A DNA stretch of 64,000 bases from a virus, in the IMG/VR virus record IMGVR_UViG_3300045988_098886; one strand, 5' to 3'. Of this stretch, positions 47,355 to 57,720 are shown in pieces. The stretch's first letter is position 1; each line of letters starts with the position of its first letter. A program made the translations under genes and the position numbers. Under the pieces are notes generated by a model. The model was not told the DNA's origin and did not search any database. It saw nothing but the letters and a program-made list of their open reading frames with translations.

Positions 47355-48056
47355 ATGTTAGATTTTATTAAAAAGGTGTTCAATTTTATAAATGGCTTGA
47401 ATCCTACAGTTAAAACCATAATCATAATGGGACTACTGTTTTGGTGCACACAAGTATGTTTAGTAAATCAAAGTAAGCTATTTATAACTGACTACATCGA
47501 GTCTGTTGAGTACAATAACAGAAAATCTGAGGAGTATTCTCTGAAAGTCTCTCCCAAAATTAGGAGACAAGTAGAGAACATTAGGAACAAAGATACAGAT
47601 GCTTCAAACGTTCTTCTATTATCTTTTCACAATACCAAGAAAAGTTTACAGGGTTTTTCCTATATGTATTTAACGGCATTAACTGACTCTCCAAGGGGTA
47701 TAGATGATGAAAGTTGCCTTGACATATGGACAAGTCTTCCGTATTTACAGTTCTCGGACGAAGTAGAAAAGATTAGGAGAGCCAGCTATTTAAGAATAGA
47801 TTCGCTGGAATCTGCAAAAGAAAAGTTTCCGCAATTGTACAAGAAACTAAAGATGAGCGGAGCTTGTGCCGCAGCACTGTACCCGATTGAGGGTATTGAT
47901 AGCGAAGGTTTTATAGAACCTGTTGGAATGATTGTCGTGATGTACGATGAACCAAAACGCTATTATTTAGGATATTATAACGAATGTATTGCCCCTTATA
48001 TTCAAGTACTTTCCACGCTATTAAATTATAATACAACGTACAAAAATAAACAATGA
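47355..48056 (+). CDS. hypothetical N-terminally anchored protein (233 aa)
   Basis: TM segment TVKTIIIMGLLFWCTQVCLV. Confidence 0.65.
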   Translation: MLDFIKKVFNFINGLNPTVKTIIIMGLLFWCTQVCLVNQSKLFITDYIESVEYNNRKSEEYSLKVSPKIRRQVENIRNKDTDASNVLLLSFHNTKKSLQGFSYMYLTALTDSPRGIDDESCLDIWTSLPYLQFSDEVEKIRRASYLRIDSLESAKEKFPQLYKKLKMSGACAAALYPIEGIDSEGFIEPVGMIVVMYDEPKRYYLGYYNECIAPYIQVLSTLLNYNTTYKNKQ

Positions 48057-48059
48057 ATT

Positions 48060-48962
48060 ATGCAAGTTGATAAGAAAAATGGTAATGTATGTTACAATGA
48101 TTTGAATCATATCTATTGGAACGAAAAGGACGAATCTAGATATATATCAGTTACTACACTAATACACTCTTTTACTCAACCTTTTGATAAGGAATTTTGG
48201 AGTGCCTATAAAGCATTAGAAAAACTTATTCCAAAAGAAAATTGGGCAATAGAAAAGAAATCACTTTTATCTACTAAAAGATTTGATACATCTATATTGG
48301 ATTTATATAATATTGATGCTGGAGTATTTAGTGATACACAACAGGATATACTAGATGAATGGGATAAGGCTAATAAAGACTCTTGTGAACGAGGTACTGC
48401 AATTCATGCAGAATTAGAAAATCAATATTACAAGAAGCCGAAGGATATAAGCCTTAAAAAGTACGGACTCGGAGGTAAATTCGAGTGTAAGAAAGGGTAC
48501 ACAGAATTAGATATGAAACAGGGAGTTTATCCTGAATATCTAATATCATACGAATCAGAAGACGGAATGTTAAAAATTGCTGGACAGATAGACTTATTAA
48601 TAAAAGATGGTAATGACATCTATATTGTGGACTATAAAACCAACAAAAAGATTGACCAAAAATCTGGATTCGACACATCAACAAAGAAAAATGCAACAAT
48701 GCTTTATCCACTTACTAATCTAATGGATTGTAATTATATGCATTACACTATGCAATTAAGCACATATGCTTATATGTTACAGCAATTAAATCCAGAGTTT
48801 GTAGTAAAGCAATTAATATTAGTGCATTATGACCATGATGGCAACGAAACTACATATAATCTCGATTATCTAAAAGAAGATGTAGAGAGAATGTTTAGCT
48901 TCCATAAGAAAAACATGATTAAGGAAAAACAACGAGCTAAAAGACAAAGGATAGAATATTAA
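48060..48962 (+). CDS. PD-(D/E)XK nuclease (RecB/Cas4-like exonuclease)
   Basis: GTAIHAELE, IDLLIKDGNDIYIVDYKT (D..D.K), QLSTYAYML (QxxxY). Confidence 0.75.
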   Translation: MQVDKKNGNVCYNDLNHIYWNEKDESRYISVTTLIHSFTQPFDKEFWSAYKALEKLIPKENWAIEKKSLLSTKRFDTSILDLYNIDAGVFSDTQQDILDEWDKANKDSCERGTAIHAELENQYYKKPKDISLKKYGLGGKFECKKGYTELDMKQGVYPEYLISYESEDGMLKIAGQIDLLIKDGNDIYIVDYKTNKKIDQKSGFDTSTKKNATMLYPLTNLMDCNYMHYTMQLSTYAYMLQQLNPEFVVKQLILVHYDHDGNETTYNLDYLKEDVERMFSFHKKNMIKEKQRAKRQRIEY

Positions 48963-49075
48963 TCTTAGTAGAGAAGAATAAATTTAAGGAGCATTTTTAA
49001 AGCCTTATATAACGCTTTAAATGTTAAGCAATGTAATAGAGATTCGAACGGATTAATATATCCTTATTTATAGAC

Positions 49076-49342
49076 ATGAATGTAGGACATATTGTAACTG
49101 GACACTTAAATGAAGTTCTCAATTTGAAACAAGATATTTCAAAGAAGAGACTAGAGATATGTAAAACATGTCCCTTATTTACTCCTAAATTAGGAGGAAT
49201 GTGTAATAGAAGATTATGGTATAATGCCCAGACGGGAGATGTAAGTACAGTTAAATTAGATGGATATGTGCGAGGATGTGGATGCAGACTAAAAGCAAAA
49301 ACCACAATGTCAAGAGAATCTTGCCCCGCAGGAAAATGGTAA
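49076..49342 (+). CDS. hypothetical Cys-rich protein (88 aa)
   Basis: CKTC ... C ... CGC ... C pattern. Confidence 0.55.
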   Translation: MNVGHIVTGHLNEVLNLKQDISKKRLEICKTCPLFTPKLGGMCNRRLWYNAQTGDVSTVKLDGYVRGCGCRLKAKTTMSRESCPAGKW

Positions 49343-49364
49343 AATTATAAAATGTAAATGAATT

Positions 49365-49985
49365 ATGGCACACAACCCAGGAGAATACGAAAAAGTAAAA
49401 ATAGCACAAGAATTAGTAGGTCTAGACTCAGGTGACCAACACTTTGTAATGTCAGCAGAAGAAGATGTTAAAGAAAGAATGGCAAGAGACGCTGCTGTCA
49501 AATTTAATAATAGTGTTGACGAATATACAGCTAAAATGGATGACTATATTAAAGATGTTGAAGAAAAGGCAAAGAGTATTGCTGAAAACATGAATGGATT
49601 AGAAATCATGCCAGTCTTCAACTATATGATAGTTAGACCTTATGACCAAAATCCTTATCAAAAAATTAAAGTTTCTTCGTCAGGACTTATTTATGATTTA
49701 GGTGGACACAAACCAGAGTTTAAGAACCCTGATAATGGACAATTAGAAGAAGAAGAAAACTTCATTGTTGTAGGTAAAGTAATTGAAGTAGGTCCAGAAA
49801 CTAAGTATGTTAGAGAAGGAGACGATATATTCTTTACTAAACCTTCACAGACTCCAATACCATTCTTTAAAATGGGACTTGTCTATGTAAGTGAACAACG
49901 TGTTCTTGCAGTAGTAAATGAAAAATTAAGAGCTCGTTTCCAAAGAGCTGCAGAAGGAAAACTAAAAGCATACAATAAATTTTAA
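49365..49985 (+). CDS. GroES/Cpn10-like co-chaperonin domain protein with N-terminal extension
   Basis: The C-terminal ~100 aa follow the GroES pattern: IMPVFNYMIVRP...SSSGLI...GKVIEVGP...VREGDDIFF...RVLAVV. Confidence 0.55.
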   Translation: MAHNPGEYEKVKIAQELVGLDSGDQHFVMSAEEDVKERMARDAAVKFNNSVDEYTAKMDDYIKDVEEKAKSIAENMNGLEIMPVFNYMIVRPYDQNPYQKIKVSSSGLIYDLGGHKPEFKNPDNGQLEEEENFIVVGKVIEVGPETKYVREGDDIFFTKPSQTPIPFFKMGLVYVSEQRVLAVVNEKLRARFQRAAEGKLKAYNKF

Positions 49986-49987
49986 TT

Positions 49988-50233
49988 ATGGAAGAAAAAA
50001 TATACTTTTTGCCTGGCGATGTGGTAACACTACGTCAGGCAATTCCTTATAAACCAACTATGATTGTTGTAAAGAAGGAAACAAAGATAATAAACCCACG
50101 TAAATCTGCTGGAATAGAAGGATTTACAGGAGGAAAAGAAGATTGCCTTAAAGGAATTAAATGTAGATGGTTCACATCAACTGGTGAATTACAAGAAGCA
50201 GTATTTAACACAAAGGATTTAATAAAACTATAA
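49988..50233 (+). CDS. hypothetical protein (81 aa)
   Basis: ORF track. Confidence 0.6.
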   Translation: MEEKIYFLPGDVVTLRQAIPYKPTMIVVKKETKIINPRKSAGIEGFTGGKEDCLKGIKCRWFTSTGELQEAVFNTKDLIKL

Positions 50234-50235
50234 CA

Positions 50236-51477
50236 ATGGTTTCTAGAAGAAAACTTAGACAACAGGCCGAGAGAAACTCACAAGCTGCACAATCATCTTT
50301 AGCTAACTTTAAACCAGCAGCACCTGCGACACCTTCTTACCCTAATTTGGGAACTAGAATTGGACAGCAACCTCAAGGACTTTCTTTCAGTGAAAGAAGT
50401 GAAATGAGAACTAAGTTAAATAACACTAATGGTAAGAAGATGATACAGGAAACAAATGCTAAATTTAGAGGACAGCCAAGTAGATTTACTGGCTCATTTA
50501 ATAATGCATTTGCGGCAGCTAGACAGAAAGGATTGCAACAATTTGAATGGAATGGTAAATTGTATGGAACACAATTAGCTACTCAACAAAAGGCTCCTGC
50601 ACAGCAACAGGCTGCTCCTGCTAATGAACCTACCTATCTCGATTCTATGAAAAGAGGTTCTCTACCACAAGTAGATGTAGTAGCAAAAAGAGTTTCAACT
50701 GCCCCTATTCCTGCTCCAGTGCAGCCAGCACAAAATACTCCAAGTGCAGACTCTTTAGGATGGGGAAGTAACCAAGGCCCTTATCGTTCAGCAGGAACTA
50801 TTGCTCCTACACGAGGATTTGATAATAGAGGAGCATATTCTACGACAGGTGGTTCATTTACAAATACAGTTGGAAACAATCCAAATTACGAAACTTCTCC
50901 ACAAATAAGAAGGTATACTCCTTCTTTCAGATTTCCTGGAGTTAGAAGTAACGAGAAGGGAGGAAAACTTGAAGACAAACAAAAAGCATTTGTTGCATAC
51001 TTAATTCAAGCTTCTGGAGTAGATAGTGAGGATGAATTAAATGATTACATTCAAGATTTAGGACAAGAAGGATTACAAAAAGAATTGGAGAAATTTGAAG
51101 AACTTATGACACAAGGAACTGAACAAGTACCGGCAGCAGCTAAAGGTGCAAAATTAAATTATATCAAATCATTAAGAGGACAATGTCCTGATGGATTTGA
51201 AATGCAATATTTCAAGAAAGGTGGAGTAATGTGCAGTCAATGTATTAAAAAAGCACAAGCACAGAAAGCTACTAAGGCAGAAAAAGGAACTAAAGTAGTT
51301 CAAGACTTTAAAGCCGACATGAAGAAATGTGGCGGAAAGATGAAAGGCAAAATGAAGAAAAAAGAAGACGGAGGAAAAGTAAAAACTATTCCCGGAGTTT
51401 TAGATACGAAAGAAAATAAACTGTCTCCAAAGAGTAAAGTACAAATAAAGAAACATTACTTTGGAGGAAAACTCTAA
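50236..51477 (+). CDS. hypothetical low-complexity protein (Q/A/P-rich, Lys-rich C-terminus; 413 aa)
   Basis: ORF track. Confidence 0.7.
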   Translation: MVSRRKLRQQAERNSQAAQSSLANFKPAAPATPSYPNLGTRIGQQPQGLSFSERSEMRTKLNNTNGKKMIQETNAKFRGQPSRFTGSFNNAFAAARQKGLQQFEWNGKLYGTQLATQQKAPAQQQAAPANEPTYLDSMKRGSLPQVDVVAKRVSTAPIPAPVQPAQNTPSADSLGWGSNQGPYRSAGTIAPTRGFDNRGAYSTTGGSFTNTVGNNPNYETSPQIRRYTPSFRFPGVRSNEKGGKLEDKQKAFVAYLIQASGVDSEDELNDYIQDLGQEGLQKELEKFEELMTQGTEQVPAAAKGAKLNYIKSLRGQCPDGFEMQYFKKGGVMCSQCIKKAQAQKATKAEKGTKVVQDFKADMKKCGGKMKGKMKKKEDGGKVKTIPGVLDTKENKLSPKSKVQIKKHYFGGKL

Positions 51478-51484
51478 GTAACTT

Positions 51485-52072
51485 ATGCAGAAAATATTTC
51501 TATATGATAATGTAAATAATAGAATAGAGTTAAATGTTCCGGAAATTTTACTCACTCGTGAGTTTAAAGCCCTAATGGATAAAAAAAGAAATATTACTCC
51601 CAAGGATAAAGAAGGAAAACTTGGAACTCAAGCATTTAAAGAATTTACATATATATGGCTGGCATTAGATTGGCTATCTCCTTATGCTGATTATGCAGAA
51701 CAAGAGAGACACCAAGAAGCTTTAAAGGACGCAGGACTTACTCAGGCAGAGTTTGATGACCCAATATTTAGGGCAGCTTGTAGAAAATACAGAGCTTTAC
51801 AAGAAGAAACTCGTTCAATAAAGATGCTAAAAGCAGCTCAAAACACGGTTGATAAATTTATTGACTATTTCAATAACATAGACCCAGAAGAGAGAGATTT
51901 ACAAACTGGCAAACCTATCTTTAAAGTAAAAGATATTATGGCAGAAATCTCTAGTTTATCTAAAGTTAATGATGAACTGAAGGCATTAGAAGGTCAGGTT
52001 AAGAAAGAACTCGTTGAAGATTCTTCTTTACGTGGTGGTGCTACTGATGGATTTATACCTAAAGACTTTTAA
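51485..52072 (+). CDS. hypothetical helical protein directly upstream of TerL (small-terminase position)
   Basis: ORF track. The function is suggested by position only. Confidence 0.6.
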   Translation: MQKIFLYDNVNNRIELNVPEILLTREFKALMDKKRNITPKDKEGKLGTQAFKEFTYIWLALDWLSPYADYAEQERHQEALKDAGLTQAEFDDPIFRAACRKYRALQEETRSIKMLKAAQNTVDKFIDYFNNIDPEERDLQTGKPIFKVKDIMAEISSLSKVNDELKALEGQVKKELVEDSSLRGGATDGFIPKDF

Positions 52073-52074
52073 TT

Positions 52075-54378
52075 ATGGCTAGAGGAAGAAAAAAGAAAGT
52101 TGTTGAAGAACCTACTTTAGATATCCTTCCGGAAAGAGTCCAACGAATATTACAAGAAGTAAAACAGAAAGAGGACCAAGAGTTCAAGGATGAAATTACT
52201 TCTCTAATAAAGGCTAGAAAAGGAGAATGGGATGTCACTATAAATGATGATATCCCATTTTTTGATTCCAATCTATCCTACGAACTTACAGGATATAAAC
52301 CTATTGATGACAAACACGGATTGGACTTTGACCCAGCTTGGTATACTGAAGCTAAGGATACATTTATGAGAACAGGACATTACTGTACTTATAGATTTGG
52401 AACCAAGCCTTATAATGACTTCTGGACGCAAGAATATATAAGATGTAGAGATGGAATGACAGTTAATGGATATACAATTACTGGTGATAATTATTTCTTC
52501 TTGAATTATTATCAATTAATGGACTTGACATCGGCTGACAAAGCCGGTGGTGGTAGACTTTATGACTTCCCAAGATTCTTCGTAAAGCAGTATGAATATT
52601 TCCATTACGTTGAATTATGTAAGAGATTAAGAAAAAATGCCATAGGACTTAAAGCCCGTGGAGTTGGATTCTCTGAAATCGGTGCTGCAATTGCAGTAAA
52701 CACATATAATTGTAGAAGAAACTCTGTTATAGTTATTGCAGCCCAACTTGAAAATTATCTTACTAAGACTCTTAGTAAATGTTGGAAACAGTTGGACTTT
52801 TTAAATGACTATACTGATGGAGGATTTTTCAAACTAAGGCAAGTAGAAGATACAGCTCTTAGTAAGAAAGCATCTGTTTATAAAGTAATAAATGGACAGA
52901 AAGTAGAAGCTGGATGGATGTCAGAAATCACTGGTATCAATGCTGATAAGCCAAATAAGATTCGTGGTGACCGTACCGACTTATTAATATATGAAGAAAG
53001 TGGTTCTTGGCCTCAATGGAAAAGAGCTTTCGAACAGGGAGACGCTCTTGTAGGTATTCAGGGAGCAAAGTTCGGAATTAAAATGGCTTGGGGAACGGGT
53101 GGAGATAAAGGTCCTTCACTTGAAGGATTAGCTAAAGCATATGAAGAACCTGATACATACGATGCCCTTCCTTATAGACATAAATACACTCCAACTGGTG
53201 AAGAAGTTATTACAGCTTATTTTATTCCTGCATATACTATTATTAATAGACCAGGACTTATCGATAAAAGAGGTTGGACAGACCCAGTTAAGGGTAGGGC
53301 CTATTATGAAAAGGAAAGAGACAAGAAAGCAGCCGACCCTGAAACTTTAATTATACACTGTGCTGAATATTGCTTTACAGCAGACGAAGCTCTAGCTTTA
53401 GAAGGTACTAATAAATTCAATAAGGTGCTTATTTCAGAACAGATTGCAAGAATTAGAGTTGATAAACAAGGTCAGAAAATTAGTGTAGGTTCTCTTGAAT
53501 ATAAGTTTAATGGCCCAGTACAAAAAGAAAATATAGTTGGCTTTAAATGGATAGAAAATTCTGCTCATGGTAAAGTACATATATTGGAACATCCTATTTG
53601 GACTATTGATGATAAACAACCTAAGATGAGGGATATGTATGTGGCTGGAATAGACAGTATTGATATTGGACAGAAGGAAACTTCTGATGCTACTAAAGAC
53701 CCTTCTGATTTCTGTATTGTAATTAAGAAAAGAATTAGAGGTCTTACTGACCCTATGTATGTTGCCTATTATAAAGACAGACCTCAAGACGTGAGAGATG
53801 CATATAAAATTGCACTTAGACTTATGGAATATTATAATTGCCAATGTGTAATTGAAGCATCTAAAGTTGCTATGATTACATGGGCTAGAGAAAATAAATG
53901 TCTTAATAGGTTTATGCGAAGACCTAGAGCTACTATGCCTGATGTTCAAAATGGACAAAGTAAACAGTATGGTGCTCCGGCAACAGTGGCAGTTATTGAT
54001 TTACAAACTGATTTAATTGCAGACTTTGTAAATGACTATTGTCATACAATATGGTTCCCAGAAATGCTTGATGAACTTAATCGCTATACTGATGAGAATA
54101 AGCGAAAGTTCGATATTGTGGCAGCTATGGGTATGGCTGAACTTGGTGACCAAGAGTTACAAGGAATAATACCTAAAGCTGTTGAGAATGTTGATGATGC
54201 ATTTCAAGACTTTGGATATTATAGAGACGAGAACGGAATTAAAAGGTGGGGAACTATTCCCAAAGAGAAACCTAATATTCCTAAGTATGATTTATTCCCT
54301 TATCATTATGACAACGACAGAACTAGAAGCAGCAATCCTCGACATAATCCGCAGATGCTACAAGATGGAATATACTAG
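52075..54378 (+). CDS. terL: terminase large subunit
   Basis: 767 aa. Walker-B-like DLLIYEESG, nuclease-like YVAGIDSIDIG. Immediately upstream of a portal-sized ORF. Confidence 0.8.
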   Translation: MARGRKKKVVEEPTLDILPERVQRILQEVKQKEDQEFKDEITSLIKARKGEWDVTINDDIPFFDSNLSYELTGYKPIDDKHGLDFDPAWYTEAKDTFMRTGHYCTYRFGTKPYNDFWTQEYIRCRDGMTVNGYTITGDNYFFLNYYQLMDLTSADKAGGGRLYDFPRFFVKQYEYFHYVELCKRLRKNAIGLKARGVGFSEIGAAIAVNTYNCRRNSVIVIAAQLENYLTKTLSKCWKQLDFLNDYTDGGFFKLRQVEDTALSKKASVYKVINGQKVEAGWMSEITGINADKPNKIRGDRTDLLIYEESGSWPQWKRAFEQGDALVGIQGAKFGIKMAWGTGGDKGPSLEGLAKAYEEPDTYDALPYRHKYTPTGEEVITAYFIPAYTIINRPGLIDKRGWTDPVKGRAYYEKERDKKAADPETLIIHCAEYCFTADEALALEGTNKFNKVLISEQIARIRVDKQGQKISVGSLEYKFNGPVQKENIVGFKWIENSAHGKVHILEHPIWTIDDKQPKMRDMYVAGIDSIDIGQKETSDATKDPSDFCIVIKKRIRGLTDPMYVAYYKDRPQDVRDAYKIALRLMEYYNCQCVIEASKVAMITWARENKCLNRFMRRPRATMPDVQNGQSKQYGAPATVAVIDLQTDLIADFVNDYCHTIWFPEMLDELNRYTDENKRKFDIVAAMGMAELGDQELQGIIPKAVENVDDAFQDFGYYRDENGIKRWGTIPKEKPNIPKYDLFPYHYDNDRTRSSNPRHNPQMLQDGIY

Positions 54379-54619
54379 CAAACTTATAGTGAAAGAACTT
54401 CCAGAAGGAGGTTATTCAGCTATATTTGCAATGAATAATATTGATAAACCATTGGTAATCTCTGGACAATTGGGAGCTTGCGACTTTTTAAAATATATAG
54501 AACAAGAACTTAAAGACAAATGTCTTTGGAGAGTTGAATATTCATTAGGATATCAATCATTCCCAGAGCCTTGTCCAGAATCACCTGAACAAACAAAATG
54601 TAAAAATGAAAGATACTAA
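54365..54619 (+). CDS. hypothetical protein (84 aa)
   Basis: ORF track 54182..54619, trimmed to MEYTSKLIVKE, which overlaps only the TerL stop. Confidence 0.5.
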   Translation: MEYTSKLIVKELPEGGYSAIFAMNNIDKPLVISGQLGACDFLKYIEQELKDKCLWRVEYSLGYQSFPEPCPESPEQTKCKNERY

Positions 54620-56792
54620 AAAGAATGAAGAGTTGATGGAAGCTACCAACAGGGCAATCAGCGAGCTGGTTTATCCTAAGTACAGGTTGCAAAAAGCATA
54701 CAACTACTATAACTGCAAAAGAGATGCTGAGCAGTACAGATTTCTTGAAGAAAATTATGGTATAGGTCAACCTACATCAGTAGAATTCATACCTCTTATT
54801 AGGAAACATGTGGATGCTTTAGTAGGAGAGTTTCTAGGAACTCCAATTCTTCCTAAAGTATCTTGCAAAGACTCTGCAACGATAAGTGCCATCACTCGTG
54901 AAAAAGAAGTCGCAATTTCCTCTGAGGTATATAGTCTTCTACAAAAACACTTAAAGAACTCTATGCTTAGCTTTATTGATGGAAGAGATATTACAGATAA
55001 AGCTATAGAACAACAAATACAAAAGTTGATTGATGATTTAGACCAATCATTTATCTCCCAATATGAAATGGCAGCTCAAAATGTTATTGAATATATCATG
55101 CAAAGTAGAGACACAGACCTTATGACTAAACTAAGAATATTGTTCTTAGATTTACTAATAACTGGTTATGCTTTCTATAGAGTAAAGCCATCTTCAAGTA
55201 AAGGGAATATTGATATAGAAGTACTCAATCCTTTAAATACATTTATTGATAGAAATCCGGAGTCTATATATATTAAAGATTCTTATAGAGTTGTTGTAAG
55301 AAAATGGCTTACTAAGAATCAAATCTTAAATATATATGGTAGAGATTTATCAAGAGATGATATTGCTAAAATTAAAGACTCATGGCATCAGAGCTTTGAT
55401 ACTTCACATTACTATGTAAGGTCATTTGCTGATGTAAAGAGTGGCGCTCCTATGACAGACGGACTTGAAGCAGGAAGAGAAATAGTTCCTGGATTTCCGG
55501 ATGAAGCTATTCAATCTTACAATTATAAGTTAATTCCTGTGTACGAAGTAGAATGGACTGAAACTGATAAAGACTATAACTTACAAAGATATGAAACTGT
55601 TCGTATAGGACAAGAGATTTATATCTTAAGAGGTAAAAATGAAGAAGTGATAAGAAGTAAAGATAATCCTTCTTATTGTGGTTTATCAGTAAATGGAGTC
55701 TACTTTAATGATAGAAACAATGAACCTTTCTCTCTAGTATTAGCTTGTGCTAATCTACAAGATAGATATGACTTATTACATTTCTATAGAGACAATTTAA
55801 TTGCAAATAGCGGTACTACTGGAGACTGGCTAGACTTATCAGTGCTTCCAACAGCTCTTGGAGTTAAACTTCCTGAAAGAATCCAGAAATGGATTGCTTA
55901 TAAGAAATCTGGAGTTGCAATTATTGATACATCTCAAGAAGGAAGACAATTTAATAGTAATACTACTTATTCTGGATTTGATGATACAGTTAAAGCTCAA
56001 ACTATCCAAGGTATTCAAATTGCAATTGATGCTACTGAAAACACAACAAGTTCTATTACTGGAGTCTTTAGAGAACGTTTAAATGGAATCCAACAGAAGG
56101 ATGCAGTCACTAATGTACAGACAAGTGTTAATAATTCATTTATTATTACTAAGAAGTATTACCAACAAATGGATTTAGTAACTAATGAGCTTCTTCTTGA
56201 TTGTTTAAACATAGCTAAAATAGTTTATAAGAATGGATTGAAGGGAACTTTAATTCTTGGAGATAAATATCAAAGAGTCTTTACTGCACTTCCAAAATAC
56301 TTTACTGTCAGTGATTATGATATTCATATTGTAACAAGCACTGATGTTATTAAAGATATGGAATCTATTAAAGCTATTATTCCTGAATTTATTAAGAGCG
56401 GAACTCTAGAGCCAGGAATAATCTTTGAAGCATTAACTGCTAAGAGCTTAACTGAACTTAAATATAAAGTACAGAAAGCACTTAAAGTACAGAAGGATGA
56501 AAATGGTCAGATGCAGCAACTTATGCAGCAGAATGAACAACTTCAACAGCAAGTACAACAACTTCAACAACAATTACAGCAAGCTCAAAGTAAGGTCGAA
56601 TCTCTTAATGAAGCTAGATTGCAAATTGAAGATAGAAAGGCTAAAGCTGATGAACAAATCGGATGGTATACAGCTAAGACTGATAGAAGGTCTAAAGATT
56701 CTAAAGCTGAAAACGACGATAAAAGAACTGAAATTGAGTACGCTCAATTATACGATGGCAATTCTAATAATAACGAAGTAAGAAATATATAA
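54606..56792 (+). CDS. portal protein (by size and position)
   Basis: 728 aa ORF right after TerL with a C-terminal Gln-rich coiled coil. No diagnostic motif was read. Confidence 0.6.
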   Translation: MKDTKKNEELMEATNRAISELVYPKYRLQKAYNYYNCKRDAEQYRFLEENYGIGQPTSVEFIPLIRKHVDALVGEFLGTPILPKVSCKDSATISAITREKEVAISSEVYSLLQKHLKNSMLSFIDGRDITDKAIEQQIQKLIDDLDQSFISQYEMAAQNVIEYIMQSRDTDLMTKLRILFLDLLITGYAFYRVKPSSSKGNIDIEVLNPLNTFIDRNPESIYIKDSYRVVVRKWLTKNQILNIYGRDLSRDDIAKIKDSWHQSFDTSHYYVRSFADVKSGAPMTDGLEAGREIVPGFPDEAIQSYNYKLIPVYEVEWTETDKDYNLQRYETVRIGQEIYILRGKNEEVIRSKDNPSYCGLSVNGVYFNDRNNEPFSLVLACANLQDRYDLLHFYRDNLIANSGTTGDWLDLSVLPTALGVKLPERIQKWIAYKKSGVAIIDTSQEGRQFNSNTTYSGFDDTVKAQTIQGIQIAIDATENTTSSITGVFRERLNGIQQKDAVTNVQTSVNNSFIITKKYYQQMDLVTNELLLDCLNIAKIVYKNGLKGTLILGDKYQRVFTALPKYFTVSDYDIHIVTSTDVIKDMESIKAIIPEFIKSGTLEPGIIFEALTAKSLTELKYKVQKALKVQKDENGQMQQLMQQNEQLQQQVQQLQQQLQQAQSKVESLNEARLQIEDRKAKADEQIGWYTAKTDRRSKDSKAENDDKRTEIEYAQLYDGNSNNNEVRNI

Positions 56793-56795
56793 TAT

Positions 56796-57551
56796 ATGAC
56801 TCCTGTATTTAATGTATGTAAATCTAATACTTGCGGATTAACAATCACTGGTCTTTCAAGAGAGGCCGGTGAGTATCTGCCAGAAGATTCTACTGAAAAC
56901 ATAATTAACACTTTTAAGTACAGTGAAACTGTAACTGTAAATGTTATACAATTAGATAAGATAGACGAACCTGAATTTATTAAATCTACTGTTGCGCCTC
57001 ATTTAACTAACACTGATGAAGTAAAAGTAGACATATCTAAAGATGGTAACTACCGTATCTCACATATCATAATTCCCACTACAGAGTGGTTGCAAAAAGA
57101 AATAGATAATCCCAATAGTTCTCTATCTTCTTATGCAGTTGTGTATGTTTCTGACGGTTCTACAATATATAAGTACATCAATGAAGGTCTTGTTGAATGT
57201 CCTGCACTCGAACTTGCTGAAAGGAATCCTGACGGAACTACAATTTCCATAAGTGAAAAAAATACCTTTTCCATTTGTTATTTATCCAAATGTTTTGTTA
57301 CTTTGTGCAATGAAATTTTAAACATGAACCTTCTTAAATGTAAGAGTAAAAATGCAGATTTAGACGACCTAATATTCAAGAGAGACTTTGTTTGGATGAC
57401 TATTAACGTAATTAAATATTCCGTTAGCCTTGGTCAGTATGCAGAAGCCCAAAGAATATTAGAACAAGTAAATACTTGCAATGGTTTTTGTGATTCAATC
57501 AATAACAAATATAAAACTTTAAACAGAAGTTCTGGATGTGGATGCAATTAG
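56796..57551 (+). CDS. hypothetical structural-module protein (251 aa)
   Basis: ORF track. Confidence 0.7.
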   Translation: MTPVFNVCKSNTCGLTITGLSREAGEYLPEDSTENIINTFKYSETVTVNVIQLDKIDEPEFIKSTVAPHLTNTDEVKVDISKDGNYRISHIIIPTTEWLQKEIDNPNSSLSSYAVVYVSDGSTIYKYINEGLVECPALELAERNPDGTTISISEKNTFSICYLSKCFVTLCNEILNMNLLKCKSKNADLDDLIFKRDFVWMTINVIKYSVSLGQYAEAQRILEQVNTCNGFCDSINNKYKTLNRSSGCGCN

Positions 57552-57720
57552 TTTACTTAAACAGAAAATAATTGAGGATTATAATTCTTACGTGAAAAAA
57601 CTATATAAAGGATACCGAGAAGACTATTCTTTAATTTTGCACGAAATAAGTTTTATAGAGACTCATACTAAGTTAGATAACTGTGACTTTATTTATCAAC
57701 AATTAATGTTAGCATAACAT

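Noticed and set aside
535-54000. Antisense shadow ORFs, for example 535..813, 5455..5892, 17585..17788, 36795..37205, 36922..37287, 39621..39977 and 53434..53958.
   Set aside because: Each is fully nested opposite a longer ORF that has recognisable motifs or consistent same-strand tiling. Their translations are low-complexity (Phe/Leu/Ser/Ile-rich), typical of AT-rich antisense frames.
56497-56781. ORF 56497..56781 (+, 94 aa), and the CAA/CAG-rich DNA there as a possible microsatellite.
   Set aside because: It is an alternative frame of the portal gene C-terminus. The repeat is an imperfect Gln-rich coiled-coil coding region (QQLMQQNEQLQQQVQQLQQQLQQ), not a tandem DNA repeat unit.
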